DNA from: Malacoraja senta | Taxonomy: Eukaryota | NCBI GenBank assembly: GCA_038087875.1 | Contig: CM075995.1 | Location: 5,086,001-5,150,000 of the forward strand | Direction: 5' to 3' | DNA length: 64,000 nucleotides | Part shown: positions 23,601 to 35,045 of the stretch, piece by piece | How positions within the stretch are numbered: position 1 is the first letter of the stretch | How the letters are laid out: each line of letters starts with the position of its first letter | Program-made: the position numbers and the translations under genes | Notes under the pieces: generated by a model | What the model saw: the letters and a program-made list of their open reading frames with translations, nothing else | Told to the model about the DNA's origin: nothing | Database searches by the model: none

Positions 23601-23978
23601 AACAAGTAATGCAAGGATCAGGGATTTTATCCAGCTTGGCTGGGAAGGACGATCGATTTTGTGCTTCCTCCATAACTGGACAATGGGAATTGTTGATAAA
23701 TTATGAAAATTCGCAATTGTTATACAGGCCATGTAGACTAGAAAAAAACAAGCAATGTTCTGGGGAAGGAAACATTTAGAAGCATTGACCAGGACATAAA
23801 TAATCATTCCAGAGAGGACAGAAAGAGCAGTTAGAGAACTACATATGGCACTAACTAATCTGACGATGTTGGGGAGGTTCAATAGAGAATGTCACCTCTA
23901 TCTGTTGTGATCTTGAAATCAGTGCCTAAACATTGTGATATGCAAGTTGTTGTGTTAATGACCAACACCATTACTGTC

Positions 23979-24065
23979 TGAAGAAGGGTCTCGACCCGAA
24001 ACGCCACCTATTCCTTCTCTCCAGAGATGCTGCCTGTACCGCTGAGTTACTCCATCATTTTGTGT
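23979..24065 (+). mobile_element. Hammerhead-bearing Penelope mini-element
   Basis: 11-bp TSD with 1 mismatch (CCATTACTGTC 23968-23978 / CCATCACTGTC 24066-24076); contains CTGAAGAAGGGTCTCGACCCGAAAC. Confidence 0.75.
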
Positions 24066-24119
24066 CCATCACTGTCACCAATATGGGTCAATACTCCATT
24101 TTGGATTTGGGGGTGAAAA

Positions 24120-24890
24120 GATACAATGATACAATTTATTTGTTGTCATTTGAACCTAAGTTCAAACAAAATTTGGTTTCTGCAGTCATACAAACAAGTA
24201 AAAAGAACCAAGACACAACACAATTTACACACAAACATCCATCACAGTGAATCTCATCCTCACTGTGATGGAAGGCAAAGTCTCGTCTCTCCCCTGCTCT
24301 CCTCATTCTCCTCCCGATGTCAAAGTCAAAGCCCCCGGCGGGCAATGGTAAATAAGTCCCGCGGCCATTAAGGCCGCGCCGGGCGATGCAAGGCCACGCT
24401 CCGGGTCTTGATGTTGGAGCCCCCGGCGGGCGCTAGCAAGTCCCGCGGCCATTTAAAGCCACGCCGGGTGATGTGAAGCTCCGCTCCAGGTCATTTTCAA
24501 CCCCGCAACTCGGGCGGGAGAAGTTGCCGTTGCGGGAGCTCTGAAAAGCGGTCTCCCACTAGGGACCCGCGAGCTCCCGGTGTTACCGTCCACCGGGCCG
24601 GCGGCTGGAGCCTCTGAATCTCCAGGGTCGGGTCGCAGCCGCACGCCACCACAGCTCCTCCCGTTCCGAACTCAGCCAGCCCCACGATGGTGAGTAGTCC
24701 GCAGGCTCCGTGACTGGAGCCCCAGGTCGTTCCGGTTGGAGGCCGCTCCACGGTGCTAGGCCCCAACGACAACGGAGACCCGACAGAGAAAGGTCAGGTC
24801 CTCCGTACAGGGAAAGATTTTAAAAGTTTCCCCAACCCCCGCCCCACCACACATACCCAGTTAAAAAAACACTATAAACTACACTACTAA
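24120..24890 (-). mobile_element. GC-rich non-coding retroelement with simple-repeat tail
   Basis: CpG-rich body with an internal duplication (24330-24480). Minus-strand AATAAA followed by an (ATTGTATC)n tail at 24120-24140. Layout resembles 30075-31030. Confidence 0.5.
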
Positions 24891-25282
24891 AAGGTTAACT
24901 GGTACTACATAAAACCCAATAGCTTTGTTGAGTGATTAGATTCCTTCAGCAGAGATCTCACTAGACATCAGTAAACATCTTTGAACAAATTATGGAGGAA
25001 TGCAACTTCTCTCTAATAAGTTAAACTTTTCCAAACATCTATTGACTTCTATGTTTCTATGTTCTTGTAAACAATCTCAAAAAGCTAGTAAATCTTATAG
25101 AAATTCTAACATTGACAGCAGTTTGAGAACTTTACAGAGTGTCAGACTCAAAAGTCAACTTGAAATGTATTTAATCTCATTTCTCTCTGAAAAGGATTTT
25201 CAACAATAATGACAAGCACTCTCATTCTCTCCTCAACTGGCTTGCAGAAACAATGTTTTCCACTTCTCCGTTTATAACATTA

Positions 25283-28200
25283 CTAGACTAAGTGGGACCT
25301 GTTGGGTCCCAGTCACACGAGAGGCCTGGTCCCCCAACGCAACCCATTTCCCAACGCAATATTCCACCACTCACCCGTTCCCCCAATGCAACCCGTTCCC
25401 CCAATGCAATATTCCACCACTCACCCATAGCCCCTAACTGTGCAGGCGCGGCTGACAGGTTCCCGTTGTGACGCCCCTGATCCCCCCTCCTCCCCTCACC
25501 CCTCCACCCCGCCCCTGGCCCTCCCCCCCCACCCAAGCACTCACTCCATCCCCCCTCAACCCCTCCCCATCCACTCTTAGTGGCTCTCCGGCGGCGCAGC
25601 CATTCCCTCCCATTGGGTTCCCATTGTGATGTAGAACATGCAGATATTACTGCGCAGGCGCAGCTGACGGGCAGGGCAAGTGGAAAAGGGATTTATTAAA
25701 CCTTAAAATGTGAAAAAATAACAACAATTTAAACGTTACAGATGAGATTTATTCTGTCCATTCTTTCTTGTTGCATCTCTTGTTGAGTTCTGCACACGGG
25801 GAGGGGCGGGGGCTGTCGGGGCTGGTGGGGGGAAGCGCCTGCAGCCGGGGGTGGGGCACGGCTTTAGGCGGGGTGTGTCGGGGGCTGGTGGGTGAGGGGG
25901 GAGCGTCCTGCAGCCGTGGGAGGGGGAAGGCTTCAGGAGGGGGCTGTCGGGGGCCGGGGGGGGAGCGTCCTACAGCCGGGGGAGGGGGGCGGCTTCAGAC
26001 GGGGGGGGGTTCAGGGCCGGTGGGGGGGGGGGGTGTCTGTGGGTAAGTGGGGGGGGGGTGTGGGTGGGTGGGTTGTGGGCGGGGGGGTTGTGGGCGGGGG
26101 GGTGTGCGTGGGCAGAGGGGAGTGGGTGTGTGGGCAGGGTGGTGTGTGGGCAGTGGGTGTGTGGGGAGACATTGTGGGCGGGGTGCGTGGGCAGAGGAGA
26201 GTGGGTGTGTGGGTGGGGTTGTGTGGTTGGGGGGGTGTGGGCAGGGGGTGGGGAGTGGAGGTGTGGGGAGGGGGGTGTGGGGGGAGGGGGGGGTGTGGGG
26301 GGAGGGGGGTTGTGGGGGGAGGGGGGTTGTGGGTCAGGGGGGCGGTGTGGATCAGGGGGGGGTGTGTGGGTCAGGGGGGGTGTGGGTCAGGGGGGGGTGT
26401 GTGGGTCAGGGGGGGTGTGGGTCAGGGGGGGTCAGGGGGGGTGTGGGTCAGGGGGGGTGTGGTTCAGGGGGGGTGTGGGTCAGGGGGGTGTGTGGGTCAG
26501 GGGGATGTGTGGGTCAGGGGGATGTGTGGGTCAGGGGGGTGTGTGGGTCAGGGGTGTGTGTGGGTCAGGGGGTGTGTGGGTCAGGGGGTGTGTGGGTCAG
26601 GGGGTGTGTGGGTCAGGGGGTGTATGGGTCAGGGGGTGTGGGTCAGGGGGTGTGGGTCAGGGGGTGTGTGGGTCAGGGGGTGTGTGGGTCAGGGGGTGTG
26701 TGGGTCAGGGGGTGTATGGGTCAGGGGGTGTGTGGGTCAGGGGGTGTGTGGGTCAGGGGGGGGTGTGTGGGTCAGGGGGGGGTGTGTGGGTCAGGGGGGG
26801 GTGTGTGGGTCAGGGGGGGGGTGTGGGTCAGGGGGGGGTGTGGGTCAGGGGGGGTGTGGGTCAGGGGGGGGTGTGGGTCAGGGGGGGGTGTGGGTCAGGG
26901 GGGGTGTGGGTCAGGGGGGGTGTGGGTCAGGGGGGGTGTGGGTCAGGGGGGGTGTGGGTCAGGGGGGGTGTGGGTCGGGGGGTGTGGGTCGGGGGGGTGG
27001 GTCAGGGGGGGGGTGGGTCAGGGGGGGGGTGGGACAGGGGGGGTGTGGGACAGGGGGTGGGTGGGGCAGGGGGGGGTGTGGGGCAGGGGGGGGTGTGGGT
27101 CAGGGGGGGTGTGGGTCAGGGGGGGTGTGGGTCAGGGGGGGTGTGGGTCAGGGGGGGTGTGGGTCAGGGGGGGTGTGGGTCAGGGGGGGTGTGGGTCAGG
27201 GGGGGTGTGGGTCAGGGGGGGTGTGGGTCAGGGGGGGTGTGGGTCAGGGGGGGTGTGGGTCAGGGGGGGTGTGGGTCAGGGGGGGTGTGGGTCAGGGGGG
27301 GTGTGGGTCAGGGGGGGTGTGGGTCAGGGGGGGTGTGGGTCAGGGGGGGTGTGGGTCAGGGGGGGTGTGGGTCGGGGGGGGTGGGTCGGGGGGGGTGGGT
27401 CGGGGGGGGTGGGTCGGGGGGGGTGGGTCAGGGGTGGGGTGGGTCAGGGGGGTGTGTGGGTCAGGGGGGTGTGTGGGTCAGGGGGGTGTGTGGGTCAGGG
27501 GGGTGTGTGGGTCAGGGGGTGTGTGGGTCAGGGGGGTGTGTGGGTCAGGGGGGTGTGTGGGTCAGGGGGGTGTGTGGGTCAGGGGGGTGTGTGGGTCAGG
27601 GGGGTGTGTGGGTCAGGGGGGGTGTGGGTCAGGGGGGGTGTGGGTCAGGGGGGTGTGTGGGTCAGGGGGGTGTGTGGGTCAGGGGGGTGTGTGGGTCAGG
27701 GGGGTGTGTGGGTCAGGGGGGTGTGTGGGTCAGGGGGGTGTGTGGGTCAGGGGGTTGTGTGTGGGTCAGGGGGGTCAGCGAAGAGGACCAGAGGGGAAGG
27801 GGCTGGAGCTGACAGTGCGATGGGAACTCACAGCGGGCGCTGGTCGCTGGACGTTCTCCTCCGCCGGGGTCAGATTTTCCATTTTCCGTTTGGCGACATC
27901 TTCAGCGGTGGGCCGTGCTGGGCTTCCGGTCCCTCCGAAAATTGTGTCCGGTTGGAAACCTCCGCCAGCCATCCAGAGCCTCCCTCAGCTCCAGTAAAGA
28001 TGCGAAGGCGCAGGAGGGGATGGACCGTCGCACGGAGTGACAGGAGAAAAGACCAATCCACGCGGCGCTGAACGGCAGGAGAGGAGATCGATCTGCGCAG
28101 CGCGGTTTGAAAGATTTTTTTAATCTCGCTAACTTTTACATTAGACCACCGATCTGAACGAAACTTGGTGCAATCACAGCACAGAACAGTGAGTAAGCTG

Positions 28201-28301
28201 GCGAAAAATTGTAGCGCTATCGCGTACCTTTTTTGCACAAATAGAATGACCGTGCAAACTGGAAGTTAACAAGATCAGAGCTTTAGTTATGTATAGATAG
28301 A
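25283..28301 (-). mobile_element. Non-autonomous Helitron containing a G-rich minisatellite
   Basis: Minus strand starts A|TC-TATAC... near 28297-28301 and ends ...CTAG|T at 25283, with a GC hairpin TGGGACC-N5-GGTCCCA (25293-25311) 10 nt from the 3' end. No TSD. Confidence 0.7.
26330..27777 (+). repeat. G-rich minisatellite (GGGTCAG5-8TGT/TGTGT)n, 15-18 bp units
   Basis: Directly visible tandem array, with a homogeneous 16-bp block at ~27090-27370 and a 17-bp block at ~27440-27750. Degenerate G/T-rich lead-in from ~25990. Confidence 0.95.
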
Positions 28302-28786
28302 TATAGATATCAGATAGATCGATTTTCCAGGCACCACAATTCTGCCGTTCATCGAGAGACTAACTGCTCAACAGCCACTTCCAGGGGAAATAGAATACAT
28401 ATGTTTGCATATTTCCCTGCCCATTACATTAATGCACCTATCTCAAACAGAAAAGTCACATGAACACATTTTGGTTTAATGTGTAACATCAATGCAGAAA
28501 ATTAATTAATTAAAATCACTCTGAAAATGTATCCAATAAACAAGAAATGTACAATATCTACAAAAATTAACTTGAGATATAGACATATATTTGGTTTCTA
28601 AAACTGAATTCTTGTTCATCTTAGCCATAAAACTGGAAGAACAAAAAAAGTAAATTCTCAAATACACAGCAATATTCTTTGTTTTTTAAATCTGCAATTC
28701 TGCTATTAAGGATAGCTGAGATGCCATGCAACCCTTCCAACACAGATTAAAAGTGCTCCTAAGATAGACACAAAAAGCAGGAGTAA

Positions 28787-29074
28787 AGGCCCTGTCCCAC
28801 TTTCCCGAGTTACTCACGAACTCTCCCGAGTTTTCCCCTTGATTCGAACTCGGAGAATTACGGTAATAGCCATTCGTAGGTACTCGGGGCTATTTTTTTT
28901 ACTCGTGGACACTTTTCAACATGTTGAAAAAACGCCCCGACTTACCTGATGCCCCGAGTTCCTATGGCTGGCATTACGAGCCACTACGAAACATCTACAG
29001 AATCCTACGCATCCTACAAGCTCGCTACAGACATTCCCCGAGTTCGAATCACTCGGGAAAGTGGGACAGGGCCT
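28787..29074. mobile_element. PIF/Harbinger-type MITE
   Basis: Perfect 24-bp TIR AGGCCCTGTCCCACTTTCCCGAGT (28787-28810 / 29051-29074) and TAA TSD (28784-28786 / 29075-29077). Splits a Penelope mini-element. Confidence 0.88.
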
Positions 29075-29389
29075 TAACTCAGTGGGTCAGGCAGCATCTC
29101 TGGAGAAGTGGAATTGGTGACATTTCGGGTCGAGACCTTTCTTCAGACTGGTATATAATAAGCCAGTCACCTAACAATATTGATGTAGTTTACAACGTAT
29201 ATCCATGACAAAATATCTCCAGCTCTTTCTGCAAGCAAATTTGATTATTACATTTCTAATGGATACTCTGGCAATTTACAGCATATGAAAATGGCTCGAA
29301 GCCAGAACCGTTGCATTTTTTAAACAGTCTGATAGCTGTGGGGGGGATGAAGCTACTCATGTCTTGTAATTGTTTACAAGAGATGTTTG

Positions 29390-29960
29390 GAAATGTCTGA
29401 ATTTTCAAGTTCCTGTACCTTCTCCCAGAGGATAGAAGGGAATGACCAGGGTGGCAGGCATCCTTGACAATACTTCCAGCCATAAGGATTGAAGGAAATA
29501 ACAAACCGGTTACTGGACTGTTTAAGAAGGAACTGCAGATGCTGGAAAAACAAAGGTTGACAAAAATGCTGGAGAAACTCAGCGGGTGAGGCAGCATCAA
29601 TGGAGCGAAGGAAATAGGCGACGTTTCGGGTCGAGACCCTTCTTCTGAACAAGGGTCTCGACCCGAAACGTCGCCTATTTCCTTCGCTCCATAGATGCTG
29701 CCTCACTCGTTACTGGACTGTGTTCACCACTCTCTGCAGAATCGGATAGTCAAGAGCAGAGCACTCATTCAGAGAGGATAGAAGTAGCAGTTAGAATATT
29801 GTCAGAATGCGTTCTATAGTATGTCTGTAAAGGTTCAAAAGAATCCTTGTGTACTTGCCATCTACAGTCAATGAATAGCATCCTGACACAGCTGTTTTTA
29901 TTGTTAAGGTGCCCTAGGGCTGAATATATTTCAAGGGAAATGGTGTTTTCCCTGGATCTA
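29390..29960 (-). mobile_element. Degenerate Rex1/Babar-like LINE fragments
   Basis: ORF 29765-29968 contains ALGHLNNKNSCVRMLFID (Rex1-type RT motif). The 3' segment resembles 43585-43990 and 63040-63300. Confidence 0.5.
29522..29708. mobile_element. Palindromic Penelope mini-element with two opposed hammerhead stem II/GAAAC motifs
   Basis: Perfect 13-bp TSD GTTACTGGACTGT (29509-29521 / 29709-29721); inverted arms centred near 29645. Confidence 0.85.
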
Positions 29961-30074
29961 TTTTTCATTTAATCAAAATTCCAAAGGGTTCAGATTAGCT
30001 GCAAGATTGGCCATAATGTGGACCATTACCAGTCTTCCAAGCACTTCATTATTATTGATGTTAGAGCTACCTGA

Positions 30075-31030
30075 CAAAGGACAAAGGACAATTATTTGTC
30101 ACGTACACCAATTGGTGTAGTGAAATTTGTTTTGCCATGCAGCACACAGATAAAGATAAGACACAACATTAAAGAATTTAACAATAAACATAAAAAACAT
30201 CCCCCCACAATGGTTCCCATTATGAGGGAAGGCACAGAGTCCAGTCCCCATCCCCTTGTCCACCCATAGTCGGGCCTATTGAGGCCTCCGCGGTCGCCGC
30301 TACGGGGCCTGATGTTTCAGGCCCTTCTTCGCCGGGTGATGGTGCTCCGGCGTCGGGAGAATCCTCTCAGCGGCCGCTTCCTAACTGGAGACCGCGGCTT
30401 CCGAAGCCGACAGGCCGCGCTTGATGGAGCTTCACCACTGGCGATCTCGTCGCGAGATCCCAGGCTCCCGGTGAAAAGTTCAGCGCCGCTGCCCGCAGCT
30501 GGACGCTCCACAGTCCCGCAGCTCCACGATGTTCACCTGCGGTCTCAGCATTCCGGAGCTCCAGCGCGGCAACCCGGGCAAGGCATCACCCGCTCCGCGA
30601 TAGCGCTCCAGCGCTGTGCCGCCGCCCGCAGCTGGACGCTCCACAGTACCGCAGCTCCACGATGTTCACCTGCGGTCTCAGCATTCCGGAGCTCCAGCGC
30701 GGCGACCCGGGCAAGGCATCGCCCGCTCCGCGACAGCGCTCCAGCACTGTGCCGCCGCCGAAGCCGAGGTTCTGGGCGGTCCCCGACAGGAAACGCCGCT
30801 CCAGGCCCGCTGGTAGGCCGCGAGGATGGGTCGACGGTGCAGCCCGGAGAAAAGCTGCCTCTCCGAACGGGTAGGGACCCTAGAAAACAGTTTCCCCCTT
30901 CACCCCCCCTCCCCCACATAAAAAAGGCTAGAACTCCGAAAACAAAAAAACTCAACTAACTAAAAATAAAAAAGAGAAAAAACGTACAGCTGCAGGTTGG
31001 GCAGCCATACCCATACAGGACGGCGCCCCC
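30075..31030 (-). mobile_element. GC-rich ~950-bp non-coding retroelement (family shared with 32855-33610)
   Basis: Clear homology to 32960-33300. 133-bp internal tandem duplication (30495 / 30628), (TTTGTCC)n tail at 30073-30091, 5' hairpin ATGGCTGC-N7-GCAGCTGT. Confidence 0.6.
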
Positions 31031-31746
31031 TAGAAGGTGGCCTTCTAGGGGGACGATGGTCATTGAAACAGGCCACCTTTCTTCACTACTGGTATGATGG
31101 AGGTCACCATAAAGTTGACAGTAAAATCCTGGCCCTTATTTCTATTGACTGATATCAGGACAAATAGTATGTCACAATCATTTATCTTAGGACACTGTCC
31201 TTTATGCCAAGCTCCAGGGTGGTAGTGCTGGCAAGGCCGGTGTTTGGGAGAGGGATGAAAAGAGAATATAATAATAAGAGAAATAAGGACATACATTCTT
31301 GTTTTACGCTAGTCTACCTTTAAAGTAACGAAAGTGCCTTATAATAGAAGAGTGTTGTAGTAATAACAACAAAGACAACTATTGAATATTGAAGAGAGAA
31401 GATAAACCCAGGACAAATAAAATGGAAACCATACTCGTAAACTGTCAGAGTGGAACTCACACACACACAAACACATTGCTTCCTTCACCAGCCCGTTATG
31501 CAGGCGGGGGGACAGGGCAAGCAGGGGGAGCGCTGTCTAAAAAATTCGCATGATGCAAAGCCAAGGTGAAAAGATACACACCGCGATGAACAGGAAGGTT
31601 GGCGCTGTAAAAAGACGGCTAAAGCACAGTGTACGGTAAGTCCTTTAAAAGAGGGGGGGTGGGGAGAGGGGGGAGAAGGAGTGAGGCAACTTTTAAGAAG
31701 CCAGAGATATACAGCTGTGAAACTCGGCGGACATTTAACATTACTG

Positions 31747-31875
31747 TGTTTAAGAAGGAACTGCAGATGCTGGAAAATCGAAGGTAGACAAAAGTGCTGG
31801 AGAAACTCAGCGGGTGCAGCAGCATCTATGGAGCAAAGGAAATAGGCAACTTTTCGGGCCGAAACCCTTCTTCAG
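31747..31875 (-). mobile_element. Hammerhead-bearing Penelope mini-element
   Basis: Perfect 9-bp TSD ACATTACTG (31738-31746 / 31876-31884); its minus-strand 5' end is at CTGAAGA. Confidence 0.82.
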
Positions 31876-32854
31876 ACATTACTGGTCGGTTATCCTTGGT
31901 TCTGAAAACTACTGCTTACCTTTTTTCCCCCCAATGAGCCAATGAAATTCACCGGTCAGCACCGGCTACAACCTACGAGAACCTTCGACCTCCTGGCAAC
32001 CCATTAGGACCTCCCGGCGACCCACCTATGGCACGAGAATTCTCTCTACTCTCCATGGCGGCTTCATTCTAGTTGCCACTAATTTTTCAACATATGGAAA
32101 AATTCACGGCGACCATAATGAGGCCGCGACCAGTTCTCAGAATGCGGGAATCCTCATGACCATGAAGGCGACTCCCTGGCATCCACCTGCGAACATGTGG
32201 CGACTGCATAGTCTCCTGCAGTCGCCTAAAAAGCCTAAGTGGAACAGGCCCATTACATGCTGCAGCCGAATAGGTCTATAAACACTGCTCAAAAGATAGC
32301 ATTTTGAACAAACAAAAAAAGTTAAACATATAACAAAACCCAATATGGTGCAAAGCAAAAGCCCTTATTTCTTAGTGCAACCGGGGGAGTGTGCAAATAT
32401 CTGGGGACATTTTAAGAAAGAATGTAAAGGCTTTTACAAAGATGAACATGAGATTTATTAAAGTTATTCCAGGAATGAGAGACTTTTAGTTTTTTGAAAC
32501 TTAGGATTGTTCTTGGAAAAGAGAAAGCTACAAGAGGATCTGACAGAAGCATTAAAAATTACTGTGGGTTCAGATAGATAATCATTTCCCTGATAACAAT
32601 CAGGAATTGTTAATTGGCAAAAGAAAAGAAAACAAATTATGCAAGAAGGTGTTGGGTATCTGAAATCAATTTCTAAAGCAAGTTGGGGCAAGATTGAACG
32701 GTAGCCGTCAACAGGTGGGTAATTTTCCCGAGGAAAGAAACCAAAAGTTCAAGGAGCAGAATTAGGTCATTCGGCCCATTCAAGTAATCCACCATTCAAT
32801 CATGGTTGATCTACCTTCCCCTCTCATCCCCATTCTCCTGCCTTCTCCCCAATT

Positions 32855-33868
32855 AGGAGGAGGAGCCATCTTGAGGAACGGCTGCCAAACAGCAGCCGTC
32901 CGTTAATTGTACTTTTCCCCCCAAGTTTTTTAGTTTTCTTTAAGTCTCTGTTTTTCTTTATTTTGCCTTTTGATGTGGGGGGATCAAGGGGATTAAGGAG
33001 AAATCACTTCCCGGTCCCTACCTGGTCGGTGAGGCAGCCTTCTCTCCGGCTGCCCAGTCGACCCGTCCTCGCGGCCTACCAGCGGGCGTGGAGCGGCGTT
33101 TCCTGGCGGGGACCGCACAGCACCCTCAGCTTCGGAGGCGGCACGGCGCTGGAGCGCTATTGCGCAGCGGAGCGGGCGATGCCTTGCCTGGGTCGCCGCG
33201 CTGGATCGACGCGCTGGAGCTCCGGTGAGCTGGACCGCTGAGCTCAACACCTCTGGGCTGCGGGACTGTGGAGCGACCATCCGCTCCAAATCGGCGCGGC
33301 CTTGTCGGCTTCAGGTGCTGCGGACGCCTGCGGGAAATCGGCCGTTCCAGCCGTAGTTGCGGCCTCCGGTGAGGGATGCGACCGTTCCAGGTGGCCCAAC
33401 TGCTAGAGGACTCTCCCGACGCCAGGGCTACATCACCCGGCGAGAACGGCCAGGATCATTGGGCCTCCGTAGAGGCAATAGCGGGGGCTTCATTTGGCCT
33501 GACTTTTTTGGGTGAACTGGGGCTGGGGACTGGACATTGTGCCTTCCCCCACAGTGGAAATCATTGTGGGGGGATGATTTTTGTATGTAATTGTTTGTAA
33601 TTGTATTTGTTAGTCTGTGTTCAAGATGGCGGTCGGAGGGGAGAGTGGACGCTGGCGCGGCTTCGCTGCCGCTGCTCTCTCCTCAAATTGTGCTTCTGAT
33701 TTTCTTTTTTGTGTTTTTGGAAGGAATTCTGTCCCTGATTTGTGTATTGGTCTTTATAACTTATTTTTTTAATTCTGATTATATGTTTCCTATAAATCTC
33801 TGTGAGGTGTCCTTGAGACCTCGGTATAAGGCGCCCGTAAATAAAATTCATTATTATTATTATTATAA
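32855..33868 (+). mobile_element. GC-rich retroelement plus AAGATGGCG-headed short element with (TTA)n tail, inserted in a CR1 3' fragment
   Basis: The CR1 sequence CCTTCTCCCC|ATAACCCCTGATATCC is split across 32850 and 33865. AATAAA at ~33840 precedes a (TTA)n tail. Homologous to 30280-30960. Confidence 0.55.
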
Positions 33869-34459
33869 CCCCTGATATCCTTACTAATCAAGAATATGTC
33901 AACTTCTGCCTTAAAAATATCAATTGACCTGGCCTCCACAGCCGTTTGTGGCAATAATTTGCCACGTATGGAGGGTATCAAGCTCGTTGCATTGGTCTTA
34001 TAAAGCAACCCGCTTACTTTCGCCAAGCGGGGTCCTTACACGTTGTGTTCAAAGACGAATAAGATATTTATGAAAGACACTCCATGAATGGGAAACCAAG
34101 TTAACTGGCAAAAATAAAGCTGGGAGATTTATGCAAAAAGGCTAAAATCTATTTCTAGAGCCGAATTCAATGGCAGCTATCGAAAGGTCGTTATTTTCCT
34201 GAGGAAAATATAATTTGCCATGTTATGGACATAAGGAGGGGGAAGGCGCGCTGCGTTGCTCTGATAACGCAGCCCCTTTCGGCTGGCTTGAACGTTGTGG
34301 CATCGCAGTGAATCGCCTGCAAAACTTTCCCATTTATAGTCGTACACAGTCAATAACAGTTGGGGCGAAATTAAAAAAAAAAACTGAAGTCCGCCTCCGC
34401 CCGCCAGCCAGCCATTGTGAAGCGGCTGCATGATTGTACACGGGTGTAGTCTGTCAGGG

Positions 34460-34600
34460 AGCAGGGCGGCACCGCTTGCTGTCGATTGGCGCGGGTGTGG
34501 TCCGGGCGGACCGTTTGCTTCCCCTCCCTCCTCCGGGCTTGCGATTGGCGGTTGGCCCCTTCGGCGGCGCGTAATTTCAAATTTTGAACGGTGGGAGCGG
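34460..34600 (+). promoter_or_regulatory. ANLN promoter: GC boxes, two inverted CCAAT boxes and CHR elements in a CpG island
   Basis: GGGCGG at 34464 and 34504; ATTGG at 34485-34489 and 34544-34548; TTCAAA at 34576-34581 and TTTGAA at 34583-34588. About 110 bp upstream of a strong Kozak ATG. Confidence 0.75.
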
Positions 34601-34694
34601 CGGCGGCTCGAGGCAGCACTACAGCAGCAGGCGCGTGAGAAGAGTCGCAGCGACCCATCGACCCATCGGAGCTGGTCGGACCGACGCCACCACC

Positions 34695-34712
34695 ATGGAC
34701 CCCTTCACCGAG
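34695..34712 (+). CDS. ANLN: Anillin coding exon 1 (MDPFTE)
   Basis: GCCACCACCATGG Kozak context; donor GAG|GTAGGG, phase 0. Confidence 0.93.
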
Positions 34713-34944
34713 GTAGGGCGAGCGAAATTGCAAAACTTAATCGCTCCCATTGAATCTGGCTCCACCGCCGGCTCTAGAAATGCACTCTGATTCCAGCATG
34801 TCTTGTTGCATAAAGTATTTTTTTAATTTCACTTGTGCGATATCGACCTCCCCTCACCGAGGTAGGGCGAGCGAAATGGAGCGTTGCGACCGTGCAGAAC
34901 TTAATCGCACCCATTGATATCTTCCAGTAACCTTTGCATTCCTA

Positions 34945-35045
34945 TCTCTGTCTGTCTCTGTCTCTGCCTCTCTCTCTGCCTCTCTCTCTGCCGCTCTCTC
35001 TGCCGCTCTCTCTGTCTGTCTCTGTCTCTTGTCTCTGCCTCTCTG
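34945..35045. repeat. CT-rich microsatellite
   Basis: Runs of (CTCTGT/CTCTCTGC)-type units. Confidence 0.8.

Noticed and set aside
25892..28071. Three long Gly/Val/Cys-rich ORFs (584-701 aa)
   Set aside because: All three frames are open because the minisatellite lacks stop codons; these are translation artefacts.
30279..30959. 226-aa Arg/Pro/Ala-rich ORF and overlapping antisense ORFs
   Set aside because: Explained by the GC-rich repeat and its 133-bp duplication; no domain motifs.
31500..32253. Second Harbinger-like MITE (right end AAGTGGAACAGGCCC)
   Set aside because: No matching left TIR or TSD found, so boundaries are unsupported.
1..34400. Expected divergent neighbour gene (KIAA0895/MATCAP2 lies head-to-head with human ANLN)
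   Set aside because: I found no recognisable coding exons for it on the minus strand in this window.
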